A stretch of DNA of 62,608 nucleotides, the filler included, from Folioceros fuciformis (taxonomy: Eukaryota): the NCBI GenBank assembly GCA_049999805.1. It is 11 parts of 11 records of this genome, joined end to end, with 100 filler letters (N's around TTAATTAATTAA, not from the genome) between each part and the next. Parts side by side here need not be neighbours in the genome. Positions count along the whole stretch, not along the records: positions 24,863 to 37,924 come from JBNGIO010001523.1; 10 more parts are not named here. One strand, written 5' to 3'. Each line of letters begins with the position of its first letter. Position 1 is the first letter of the stretch. Positions 25,525-38,024 of this stretch are shown here, in pieces. The position numbers and the translations under genes were made by a program. Below the pieces are notes generated by a model, which saw only the letters and a program-made list of their open reading frames with translations, searched no databases and had not been told where the DNA came from.

Positions 25525-26131
25525 GTGTAAGTTCATTTTTGTGGTAAGTTATAAAGTACATTTTAATCTAAAATAAAATCAAATAAAATTTAATATCACA
25601 TTATAATGTGAGAAAAAAAAGAAATAATAAAAACTGTTTTGTATCTTGACTTATCTCTCTCTTCCAAAGCCAAGCTAAGCTAAACAAACTAGCTTATATC
25701 CTAGGTACGCACAATCTAATAAACCACATGAAATAAATTATCTTTCATGATTGAAAAAAAAATTGATGTTTTACAGCTTTCTTTATAGTTTCAAGATTTA
25801 GTTAGTGCAGCTAATGTGATCTTTATGCCTGACCTAGAATTCTTAGTTCCGCTCTTCTACAGAGAAACCCTTACCCCAAATCCCCAAAACTTGAGACTGA
25901 ACTTTGCAATCAGCAACTTTCATGCAGTGCGAGTCAAGGCAAACTGCTAAAATGTTTAGATACTTATTTTACATTTTCCCTTCCCTTGTCAATAATGAGA
26001 AAGGTTCTGGAGAGGAGGATTTTGGGTTGGGTGAACAGTTGGAAGCTTGCCAACATGTTCGGTACACAAGTTGCCGCGGTTGCAACATGGACAGTGATCC
26101 ATGGAATACACTGACTGATATGCACATGATA

Positions 26132-29100
26132 CTAGCCTTCCGTAGCTTTACCTTTCCTTCTGCACATGTTTTCTCCATCTTCCAAGCTGCCTGTTTCCGT
26201 CTCCAGTAAGTAGCAAAGGATGTTGTTGACATCGTCCCCGAAGATGGTATGGGCCTCCATGACTCGCAAGTAACTGAAGCCCATGGACAGCAGCATCCTG
26301 ACATTGCTGGGCAGCTGGACGTCGGAGCCAGCGCTGGCGGCTGTGGAAGGACTGATAGCACGGCTAGTGTGCTGCAACCCCTGGTCGACTACCACACTCA
26401 CAGCACCCTCTGGGATGGCCGCTGCTGGTCAGAGAGGAACCGTGAGTAACCAAACCAGGACACACACCATGAATCCATGTGCAAGAAAAGGTACCCAACT
26501 GTGCAAAGACATGTGCTCACTTGTGCGGGAGGATGATGGCATGGCACTGCCAGAGGTTGACGTCTCTTCGTGCCCTGGAAACTGCTGCCTGTGGCTCTCT
26601 TCGGCTAGGAACTCAGCTCGGGATGCCTCCATCACCATCCGCTCTATTTCTTGCTCTGTAAGCTCCAAGTCCGAGTAGAACCTACCTTCCGCAAGAAGAG
26701 CCTGCACGCATCTCTTGCCATCAGCACCAATCTCACATGTACGTTTCCTGCTCCACACCGAACTTCGAAAAGCTACTTACTTTGTCTATTTGCTGCTCTT
26801 GCTGGGCCTTGATTGCAGCCTTCACTTGTTCTCGATCAACATTCCTCTGTACTCAAACAAGCAATCATGGAGTCAACCTGGATATCGTCAGAGACACGTG
26901 ACCTGACAGCCCATGTGACCCATCTCTATCGCACTGTGAAACCATGGGATCAACGAGGCTAAAGACCCACCAGAAACAAGACCCAACACCCTTTTCCTTT
27001 CTGCTCTCACTAAGGTCTCTAAGTAGAATCGTGTCATACCACTGACTGGGATTCCTTTTGTGACACTCTCTAACCAAAGTTCAGGCTCACTAACAAATGG
27101 TTCAGCAGTTAGCGCAGCCTACTGCTCTTCAAAAAACAACCATCCATTCCATTTAATGGTCTAGGATAAGGAAGCTTACCCCACGGAGACTACCAAACCC
27201 AAGACCTGCCCCCACAGCAGGCTTACATGGATCGACGAGAGAATTATAGTGGTTACTACGGTGGTAACTGAGCCGCATTGGAGGCAAGTCAGTCTCATAA
27301 CTCCCATGAAAGATGTTAATAGGCTCTGAAGGACAAAACGACTGTTAAAAAATGTGCTTTTCCTGAAACGACGGAACAATTTGGAGGAACTGTTACACGA
27401 ATATACTAAACACACTTGTGAATCACCTGTCGAATAGGAGTAAATGTGGATTGGTCGATTGTACATTTCAGCCATAGCTTGAATCTCAAGGTTGTTCCCA
27501 TACACCTGACAAAAGAAACGAGCGTATCCGGTCTAGTGTGAGTGCAAAGGCCACATGAAAGTCTCACCGTCTCTTCTCACTCACGTCTAGGCTGAAGTCA
27601 TCAGAGATAACTAGCTCTCAGAGTGCATGTGGACAATATTCTGGCTAGCACCTTGTCTCTTCGCTTCCTTTTGCAATAAGCTGTGAAGCTCTCAGTGACA
27701 AATGACGAAAAGTGATCCCTCTCTTTCTCCTGCACAGCAGTGGCATTTGAAGTAACACTTCTATACCAAAATCTTGGCAAAGTCCACCGAAAGAGACAGA
27801 ACCAGCACATCCCAGGAAGCCGAAGGACTAAGACAAAAGCAGACTCTGCAACATGGCAGTCATCGAACCCCGACCCTCTCAGAGAGATAGAGAGAGAGAA
27901 AAAGAAAAGAAAAGAAAGGGGAACCAAAATGTCGTACAACGCACTAGATTCGCAGTCAAATGAACCTGGAGGGCCAAATATCGGAGTGTGTGATCATAAG
28001 ACATCTACAACATCGATGTCATCCAAAGATCCAGTCAGGTTTCCATTTTGCAAGTTTGCAAGTGTGACTTTACCATGTAGTCTATGCACAACTGCCTCGT
28101 ATCATCGTACATTTCTGTGTCACCATAAACCTGGTCCGCAACAGCCCTGAAGAGGCAGTTGCCATCCTCTGCCATCCTCCTAACCTCCAAGTTCTTCAAT
28201 CGCCGAAGTTCAATTTCGAATTGCCTCTCTCTCTCACCCTGCACAAGACAGCCATTGTAAGCATCTGGAAATAAAAATGTGTCACAACAGCAGCTCAGAT
28301 AAGCGAGAGAGACAGGTCCACTGCGTACATCATCTTCGTAGGCAACTGGCCCGGAGCCCCATGCACTCTGCTCATCCGCACTGTTGTACCCATCACCTTC
28401 CCCAAAGGACCTGGGAGATGATGGGCGGGAGCCATTTGGTGACACCCTGGAACTCTTCGTAGTCTTTGGCAGCCTCCTTGAAGGACCACTCGCTCTTACT
28501 CCAGATCCAGCAGGTCCAATCCAACCACCTCGCCTGCTAGCAGACTTGGACGAACACGATGACAAGGCTGCAGCTGGAGCAGGTGCTGACAAATACGAGC
28601 AGCCCACCGACTCCACGATGTTCCGCACACAGCTGGCCCTGCCCCCATCCACGTCCTCCTTCTCAAAGCCAACTACACCGCCACCACCCGCTTCGAGATG
28701 ATACTGCAAGCTAGGCACCGAATGCTGAGCAGTAGCATGTCCAAGAGACTCAGCAGCAAGACCTTGCTGAGAAGATTGCTGGACAGGGCAAGCGCTAGAT
28801 ACGTGAAACGAGGCACCGGTACATTGGCTACAATGCTGAGGTTGAAATTGAGCACGCCCAGCTACATCTCCCACAAGGAGCTCCGGCCCCATGCTCTGTT
28901 CAGTTCTCACGCACTCTACATTCTCACACTCTGGACCGGACCTTTCAGACGCCCAACTTGCCCCTTCATCCTCGTCAGACAAGTCCAATGCTCTTCCGAA
29001 TTCTCTCTCCCCCCAGACACCGCTGCCCTCCTCGGCCACATGTGCAGCACTCAGGACCGCACCCACTTCTCCTTCTCTCCTCCTGTCCAACCCCTCAGGC

Positions 29101-29381
29101 AAGTTGTCCAAACCGCAATTTTCCTTCTGCCCAACTTCGTCCCTCTCCCGCGAGCTGCAAGCCGAGTACCTGCTATCCGGATCGGTTGCCAAGATGCCCG
29201 ATTCTCCGTACCCATGATGCTCACCCTCATCCTCCACGGAAGCACACTCAGGGGGGACGGCAAGGGAATAGGAGGCAGAAACCGAGGACGATGAAGACGA
29301 GGATGACGCAGACGGGGTGGCATCCCTCCTCTGGGACGGGTTCGCTGGCCCCCCTCCTCGCTGCACCACCACCCGAGTCAT
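26132..29381 (-). CDS. OTLD1: OTU-domain deubiquitinase OTLD1/OTU6-like
   Basis: Start MTRVVVQRG; EGDGYNSADEQ; catalytic EDGNCLFRAVADQVYGD; YGNNLEIQAMAEMYNRPIHIYSYST; HYNSL; SDLELTEQEIERMVMEASRAE; UBA-like LLSMGFSYLRVMEAHTIFGDDV..RRKGKATEG*. Confidence 0.93.
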
Positions 29382-30214
29382 CGACAATCAATCAAAACCT
29401 TGCCTTCGCTTCCTTTCCCTCTCCCGCTAAGGCTACCTTCCTACTCCCATTGCCCTTCCCTGAACACGTTCAAGACCATGCCTGGCGTTGCATACAAGCA
29501 TAAGAAGCCTTCTCCAATCCTGCAAGTACCTGTGACCACAAGAATTGCGGACTGTTAACCCTCCCAGCAGCACCAGCGCTCACTCACTCCCACGCTTCCC
29601 TCCGCAACCCACCAATTCCTGAGCACCAGCCAAATTTCCCCGCCCTGACACCACAAGCAAGACTGCTGCAAGCACATTTCCCCTCTCTCGGGAGCAGCCT
29701 GAGTTCACCGTCCGCAACCCTAGCTCAGCGCTGCTCTGGCTGTTGCGCCAGCGGGTGCATTGGCAGCCAATCGGAGATAATGCAATGCACAGCTTTTGGG
29801 CTGGCTGTATTCAGAGCCCCAGCGCACGAGGGTGTGTAGGTGTAGCGGAAACGGCAAGGCGAAGGGTCTTGCTGCTAGATGCGGCACGCGTTACGCGCCT
29901 CTGTGGCTTGCCGTCCGGGCACAGGAAAGGGCGCTGTCTATTGGCCTGCTGCTCGGTCCTAGCGTTTGAAGCTACTGCCCAGGTTGCAGGAAGAAGCGAC
30001 CGGTAAAGGTATCTCACCAGCACTGACTTCGGAAAAAACAATGCCTGGAACGCGGGATGCGCATTTTTCTGCTGTCGCTGCGCCATTGGAGCCGATTGCC
30101 AGTGCGTGCAAGCGAAAATTTTGATTTCGCATTCGGGAGCCCGCCGCCCACAAAACTTCTGCACCCAGCCGGAAATTGGGTTTCCTCCTCTTGCTGCCTG
30201 CTGGCTGGCCTGGG

Positions 30215-33200
30215 ATGGCCCAAGCGCGATCCTGGCTGCCTCGATGCCTCCTTCTCAGCCGGAGACGGGCATTTCCAGGTGCTCGATCCCGGCCGTGGTG
30301 TGACGTTTCCTTTTGGGCCTGTTGCAGCCCCTGAGCCTTTGGAATTCGTAGTCGCTGTCTCAGCTGCCTTCTGGTGGTGGGTGATCCTTGCGTGCAGTGG
30401 CCTCTTCCTCCGAGCTGCATTCTCTACAGCTCTGGGGCAGTTCATCCAAGTTCCCTGCCGGAGAATGCCAGGGAAGAGGGTTTGCAAGCGCCACGCAAGG
30501 TCCTGCGATTGAACGAGATGCGCGCTTTTCCAGTCTCAAGGACTCGGATGTCTCCTGGTTTCGACAAATACTGGGAGACAAGGGTGTGGTTGTGGATCTT
30601 GATGAGCTCAAAGTGGCAAACACTGATTGGATGGGAAAGTACCACGGGAACGGTCCACTCCTTCTTCGTCCCCGAACAACCGACCAAGTTAGTGTGCTTG
30701 ATCCTTCACGAAATGCACGAATGTACACAAGTGAGAGAGGACGAAAGGGTTGACCTCAATTTTGCTTGCTTTGCAGGTGTCGCAGGTGCTCAAGTACTGC
30801 AATTCAAGACGTCTGGCTTGTGTTCCGCAGGGCGGGAACACAGGCTTGGTTGGAGGGAGTGTCCCTGTATTTGACGAGGTGCGACTTGTACCAACCTGGT
30901 ACACAAGTTGGCATCCCCATCATACCTGCTTGCAGCTCACCGCTGGTTGACTTGCTGTCCCAGATTATATTGAACCTCGGGGCTATGAACAATGTCATCT
31001 CTTTTGATGGGGTTTGATTATCCTCCCCGTGTCCTCGCCTTTGCTGGCTCTCCCAAGCTAGGAGTTTTAGTGCTTGAGGTGATTCCCACATTGTTGCAGG
31101 TCAGTGGAATCCTGGTTTGTGAGGCAGGATGCATTCTTGAGAATCTGGATGCCTATGTCGGCAACTTAGGGTGAGCCCAATCGGACATGGCCTGGTTCAA
31201 TTGTCTGCATCATTTTCGGGAATTGTGATTGATTGTGTTGGTTACAGCCGACCATATTTGGGTTTACGGTTTCCGAACGTGTTTGTTATGAGAAGGTTCA
31301 CAATGCCTTTGGACTTAGGGGCAAAGGGGAGCTGTCAGATTGGAGGAAATGTCTCCACAAATGCTGGTGGCCTGAGGTTGTTGCGGTATGGCTCACTTCG
31401 TGGCAGTGTTCTTGGTTAGTTGACTCACATTTGCTTTACATCTTGTCCGTACTTGGTTTTGGTTGGATGGGTCCTCGACAAATCGATTGCGAGATTGCTG
31501 ATGTTCTGCTGACAGAGGGTTTGCTTGTCGTTCTATCCTTGCAGGGGTTGAAGCTGTGCTTGCAAATGGCACAATTGTTGATTTGCTGAGTAGTCTCAGG
31601 AAAGATAACACCGGCTGTGACTTGAAGCAGCTTTTCATTGGTAAGCCGTGTGTCTGTCACCGAGTCCGTTCTCGTGCTCCACCATGGTAGTTAGTCTAGC
31701 CTCATTCCTTTCTGGCTGGTATACGAAAGGTGGAGAGGGTACTCTTGGAGTGGTGACAAAGGTGTCAATTTTGACTCCACCTCGGCTATCATCTGTGAAC
31801 GTTGCTTTTCTAGCTTGCAAGGATTTTGCTACCTGCCAGGTCTGTCTTCAGCTTTGCCAAGCTCCTAGAAAGTCTGACTTGGGATCCTTCACTTTGACGC
31901 TTATTAGGGTGTCAATCTGAGATATCAATAGCAATTCTGATTTGATCAGGAGACGTTTGTCCTGGCTAGAAGGCAACTAGGCGAGATCCTATCCGCTTTT
32001 GAAATGGTTGATCGGGCAGCACTAGACCTTGTACGTGTTTCAAATCTGGCAAGCTGCACATTCTTGTAATGTGAGACTGAAGGGGCATGGGTCCTAATTG
32101 GTAACCATGTGCCGGTGGTCCGAGCAGGTGTTGAAGCACTTGGATGGTACTCGACACCCTTTGCCAGCTTCGAGTCAACAATTCTACCTTCTTGTTGAGA
32201 CAACGGGAAGCAACTCAATACATGACAAGTAATTGCGTCAGCTATCATTGAGGTATAGTGTCTGGGGCACCTCTGCTATCGTGCCTTCTGCTAACGTGCA
32301 TGCATGTATGCGTTGATTTGTCCTTCAGGGAAAAGTTGGATGCGTTTTTGGAATCATCTATGGAAAAGGATCTTGTGGTGGATGGCGTTGTAGCACAGGA
32401 TGCAACCCAGACTGCAGCTTTCTGGCGAATTCGTGAGGTGCAGTATTACCTCAAGTGTGTTCCTGGCTGGATACACGTGGGCATCTGGTATCACCGGAAG
32501 TTGATCGATAGACTTGTGAAATGCAGGGAATCGCGGAAGCACTGCAGAAAGCAGGAGCAGTTTATAAGTACGACCTTTCATTTCCCGTCAAGCAGCTCTA
32601 CGGCTTAGTTGATGAACTAAGAATACGACTCGGTAACTCTTGCGCTATTGATCCAAGTGTCACATGTCCAACTGCTGCGTCTGTCCTGCCTGCTGCTGAT
32701 CCTAGATTTTGAAGGAATCGTGCTGGTGTAGGTGACTCTGCCACAGTTGTTGGCTATGGTCATCTAGGGGACGGTAACCTGCATCTGAACGTTTCAGCTC
32801 CCAAGTACGATGAGAAGGTAGAGATGGCGTGCACTTCCAATGCAGGAATATTGGCAGTTATCAACTCGTCTTACTCTTTGTCTCGCGGTATCTAACCGGA
32901 TGCTCCTGCAGTTGCTTGCCAAAGTGGAGCCTTTCGTTTACGAGTGGACGGCGTCTTGTAAGGGGAGTGTGAGTGCCGAGCACGGCCTGGGTCTCATGAA
33001 GGCCCATGCCATAGGCTACAGCAAATCAGCAGCTGCTGTAAGATGCAACAATGCTCTGGAATTGTGATTGTCTTTGGATGGAAAGAAACGCCTTCTTGTA
33101 TGGACGTGCTGACCGTTCTACATTGCAGATCGATATGATGGTGGAGCTGAAAAACCTCTTGGATCCCAACGGCATACTTAACCCTTACAAGGTGCTGGTC

Positions 33201-33266
33201 ACCGGGAGCCACCAAGAACAAGTTCATCGAGCAATCGGGGGAGTACCAGGGAAGGGGGAGCAGTGA
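30215..33266 (+). CDS. D2HGDH: D-2-hydroxyglutarate dehydrogenase, mitochondrial
   Basis: Transit-peptide-like [18 protein letters not shown] (start inferred); [111 protein letters not shown]. Confidence 0.95.
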
Positions 33267-33562
33267 CTGCCGCTCCAGCACAGGCCTCTGAGAGAGATAG
33301 GCAGTCTCCCTAGGAGGCAATGGTAACTGAGAGAGGGAGCTGGACTGTTTTGCTGTGATCGACCATGCATCCATGTCCTCTCGCCGTCGGCCTCTCCAAT
33401 TGGTGGCCTGTCCATTAGTAGCATATGGTAGTTCAGACGGCACATGTTCTGCATGTGAAGCTGTAGCTGACAAGTCATCGTCAGTCGAGACAGATGACCT
33501 CGCTCTTTCTCTTCATCCCTGCAAGACCAAGAAAGTAACGTCACAAAAACGCATGAAAGGAA

Positions 33563-34344
33563 TCATGAACGTACGCCCATGTTTAATCCCTTGCAACTGA
33601 CGGGACCTGCTGCCAGATTTTGCTCTTCTACCATGCACGCCACGTCCTCTTCAGACACCGGTTCCTGCATCTGCAACGTAGGGGAGTCACAACACAGCGA
33701 GCATCTTGGCTGCGGAGGAAACGTGAATGGCTACACCACTCACCGTGGCGGCCACCTGAAGCCACTCCACACAGCGCCTCGTCGGGTCTGCATCCGAAGG
33801 AACGGTATCATGGTTCCAGTACGTCAGCTCCCGAAAGAGGGCCCGAACTTTCCAGGAGTCGAACTCCAGCGAGCTCTCGGGGTCATTAGTGTCTTTCTCC
33901 AGAAGGAACCCTGTAACAGGGAATGAAGCCTGGCGTTCCCTGAGTCTGCAAACCATTCGACAAAAACGAGGCAGAAGAGTTGGCACACACCACAGAAACC
34001 TGGAGCCGGTGCCAAAGTGCAGCCCAGCAGCTTCCTTCCCCGGAAAGCTGCCTCCTTATAAGCAAGGCCGTCACCGTTCACTCCTGCGAGAACAAGCATT
34101 AGCCAAAGACACCATTAATATGCAGTAGCCAAGACAGCCCTGAACCTTTCCTGGCTCGGGAAAGGGCGGGCAGCAAAAGCTCACCAGCGTCGCTGGGCCT
34201 GAAAAACTGGGAAACGGGCGCAACCCCGGTGTGGGCGATACAGCATGGCAGCAGATGCACGGCCTCGGGTTGCATCTCCCCTGCCCCCGGAACCTCAGCA
34301 GGTGCCCACCTCACCCGGCCAACGCAGCCAGCAGCATCGGCCAT
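33563..34344 (-). CDS. RNASEH2C: Ribonuclease H2 subunit C, 4 exons
   Basis: VHLLPCCIAHTGVAPVSQFF / EAAFRGRKLLG / FRELTYWNHDTVPSDADPTRRCVEWLQVA / MQEPVSEED; TGA 33563-33565. Confidence 0.9.
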
Positions 34345-34659
34345 GGCTGCGGTGCGCCACAACACGGACTGGATCAAAATAGACAGACACGTACCGAAAC
34401 CAGCAATTTCTAAGTGTAGCAGCTGCCCAAGTCTGCCGTCGTCCCCTCGGCCGACCCGTTGGCTCCAGTCCGGGTCCGGGTCCGGGCCCATCCCTTCCGC
34501 CGGGCACTCCGCCCTGTCTGCAAGCGGCGCAGTCCAGTGCAGTGCCGTGCGGCGCAGCGCATGCATCCCTCTCGCTGCCGCACCAGACTCAGCCATGCTC
34601 ACGCACCCCTCTCGCCTCCGCTCCCGCTCCAGACCCAGCCATCGCAGGAATTGGGGAAG

Positions 34660-36476
34660 ATGGCTTTCCTGCCCCTGCTCCTGCTCCTGCGCCTGCGCCG
34701 CCTGCTCCTGCTCCTGCTCCTAGTCGCTTCAAGCGGGCTGAGGGCCTCGATCGCCGGCCAATGCGGCTACGACGAGGCCAACGTCGAGCGGAGCCAATTC
34801 CACGTGGACGGAATCTGCAGGAAGCTGCGGCACCTGGGGCAGCACGGATCCCGCCCCCACCGCTTCTCCCTGGAGGATTTCGGGGCTGTGGGCGATGGCA
34901 AGACCCTCAACACCCGTGCCTTCCAGAACGCCATCTACCACGTGCAGGACTTCGCTAACAAGGGAGGAGCGCAGCTGTACGTGCCCGCAGGGACCTGGCT
35001 CACCGGCAGCTTCAACCTCACCAGCCATCTCACCTTGTACCTGGACCGTGACGCCGTCATCCTCGGGTCCCAGGTATGGAGCGTGCTGCAGGAATACACG
35101 AATTGAGTCCTGTGCGTGCGTTGCAGTGCAGTGCAGTGCAGGGCTGGGCTGAAGTTGAGTTGCTTCCAGGACTTCGAAGATTATGCCGTAGTGGATCCTC
35201 TGCCGTCCTACGGTCAGGGCAGAGAGCTTCCGGGTGGAAGGCACATCAGTCTCATCCACGGGGAGAATTTGGAGGATGTTGTCATCACAGGTAGAGCTGT
35301 CACCGATTCTGTTGTGGGTGTGTGTCACGGCGAACTGACTATGCCTCCTGCTGCGCTGTTGCCCTGCAGGTGAGAATGGCACAATTGACGGTCAGGGCGC
35401 AGTATGGTGGACGGCTTTCAGGGGCAAGACCCTGGATTTCACCAGACCACATCTCGTGGAGCTCATGTGGTCCACAGACATAATCATATCCAACATCACG
35501 CTTGCCAACTCTCCCTTCTGGACTCTACACCCTGTGTACTGCACGTAGGTGTCACCTCCACCTCCCGCGTTGTTGTCTGACAAGACTGGACCGGTGCACA
35601 GAACATCCGAGCTGATGAGGTTTCGAATCGGTTGTGGTGCAGTGACGTGAAGATTCAGGACGTCACCATCCTCAGCCCGCACAACTCTCCCAACACCGAT
35701 GGCATCGATCCAGGTATGTCTTCCGCACACCAGTGTCACACAAGCAGCGCACAGCATGGGTTCCAGGATGCAACAGCCCTGCTGTAAGTGACTGCCTTGC
35801 TTGCCTCCCCGTTGCAGATTCATCAACTAATGTGTGCATAGAGAACTGTTACATCAGTGTTGGAGATGACGCCATCTCCATCAAGAGCGGCTGGGATGAT
35901 TACGGCATAGCCTACGGCTGCCCCAGTTCAAACATAGTGATACGCGGACTGACCGCAGAGACCCCGACCAGCTCAGGCATAGCCATAGGAAGCGAGATGT
36001 CAGGAGGAGTCGGAAACGTGTTCGCAGAACGAGTGACAATCCAAAACTCGAGAAGGGGGCTCCGCATCAAAACCTCACCAGGTCGGGGGGGCTATGTGGA
36101 GAACGTCACCTTCACCCAAGTCCAAATGACAAACGTGACCACGGCCATCGAAATTACCAGTAACTACGGCGAGCATCCTGGCGACCACTGGAGTGCGGAT
36201 GCTTTGCCTCGGATAGACAGAATTCTGTACTCTTCCATCGTGGGAGAGCAGATCAAGACGGCAGGCAACCTCCAGGGCTTACAGGACGACCCGTTCTGTC
36301 ACATATGCCTCTCTTACGTCTCCCTCCTCGGGACAAGCACCGACTGGAGCTGCTCCAACGTGACAGGATTTTCTTCTGCCGTCCACCCCCAAGCGTGCCC
36401 CGAGCTGTCCCTGAGCGACGAAGCCAGCGTTTGCTCGGCTCTGGAAGGCCGAGCCAACGGTGAGGCACCAGCTTGA
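34660..36476 (+). CDS. Glycoside hydrolase family 28 polygalacturonase-like protein with signal peptide
   Basis: Leu-rich signal peptide; DFGAVGDGKTLNTRAF; WLTGSFNLTSH; NGTIDGQG; SPNTDGIDP; VGDDAISIKSGWD; GIAIGSEMSGG (no GHG histidine); GLRIKT. Confidence 0.93.
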
Positions 36477-37632
36477 TTGATCTCCTTGCACCCATAGTTT
36501 GCCTTGGTTGTTGGGACGATTTTTTGGTTCCTGTATTCATTGCGGGTTTACATCGCAGCATGGAGGACGAGGCCGGCATGGAGACGGATAGGCTCTGTAC
36601 TGGCCTCGTGAACAGGAGTAGACGACACCGCCTCTTTCCTATCGTTCCCTTCCTTTTCCTTTCCTTTCCTCCCCACACCTTGCTCATAGCTTGGTCACGT
36701 TCCTCCTCATCATCGATCACCTGCACACCTCTAAAAATCCTGTGTCTGGCAACTCGGGCCGTGCCCTGCAGCATCATCGTTACCCGACAAGCATCATCGT
36801 CACCCGACAAGCATCAGTCCAGGCAGGATGCATCGATGCCGATGACACTCAAATACGAACAAAACAAGGATGTTTTTTTTGGGGGGGAGTCTCTTCTTTG
36901 CGGAGTGGAACCTGCATTTGGCTTCTCTCAATGGCTTCACTGCAGGGAGGGAGGGAGGGAGCTTGGGTGCCTCTTCCTCCGCTGAGGTGAGCCTCTGAGT
37001 CTTTCTGAGAGGTAGACTGGCTATGGTGCAGTCTACCTTGGATGTAACACTTGCAACTAGGTACCTGAAGGATCAATTAAAAATAATATTTATTTGTTCA
37101 TTAATGAGTTTTAATTATTGAATTATTCGATAATACGTAATAAAGTATTAAAACTAATGAACTTGATCAATGCCTTTCCCTCCAGGTGAGTCGTTGATGA
37201 TGTGAATGTAAATATAAAAATGAAAATTATAGATGAGCATGTATGAAATAAAAATATAATAGAAAATATCTAGATATTTCTTATTTATTCTTTTTGCATG
37301 ATAGCAAGGCTTTTATGGATGTAGAGACTTGGAATGTAGAAGATTAGGCCCGCTGATTACCGCGGGTGTTACGATGGAACACGTGAAATGACCGAGGCAC
37401 GGCTGGAAGGTCCTCGGTAGGAATGAAAGGTTTTGGCAAAAGCTGATTTCACGACTTGGATTCGTGTGCATGGCGTGGTTTGAAGGGAACGCACGGGAAC
37501 GAGAGTGGACGTGGACGATGAGGACGACGAAGGATGGGACTCTCAGGTGCGCGTCAATGTTGCACCTCCTAAAACGACGTACAGTACTGGACTTGGCGCC
37601 GAAATGGCGTCACACCAGCTTCTGAGCATTGG

Positions 37633-37924
37633 ATGAAAGAGTCAAGGCTGGTTGACTGCCCTCCTTTTCTGCCCTGCCCCACGGAAAGATCAGGCACGGA
37701 CCAGGATCGTAAGCAGGAAGGTGGAGGTCCAGGAATGGAAGCCGGGGACGGGGAGCCGTCGGCTGACAAGGATCATGTCCCGTTCCTGGCTGACTCGGCT
37801 GAATTGACCAGGAGAGGCGTGAAGAGGCCCGTAGCTGACGAAAACGAAGATGCTGCTGCCCCGGGAGCGGGGAATGGAGGCGGGGATGGAGAGGATGCGG
37901 GCCAGGGGACTGCGGAGGAGGCAG
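37633..37924 (+). CDS. Possible 5' end of an unidentified gene, truncated by the spacer
   Basis: GC-rich ORF open into the gap with acidic/Gly-rich sequence and an NLS-like RRGVKRP; no recognisable domain. Confidence 0.3.
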
Positions 37925-38024
37925 NNNNNNNNNNNNNNNNNNNNNNNNNNNNNNNNNNNNNNNNNNNNTTAATTAATTAANNNNNNNNNNNNNNNNNNNN
38001 NNNNNNNNNNNNNNNNNNNNNNNN

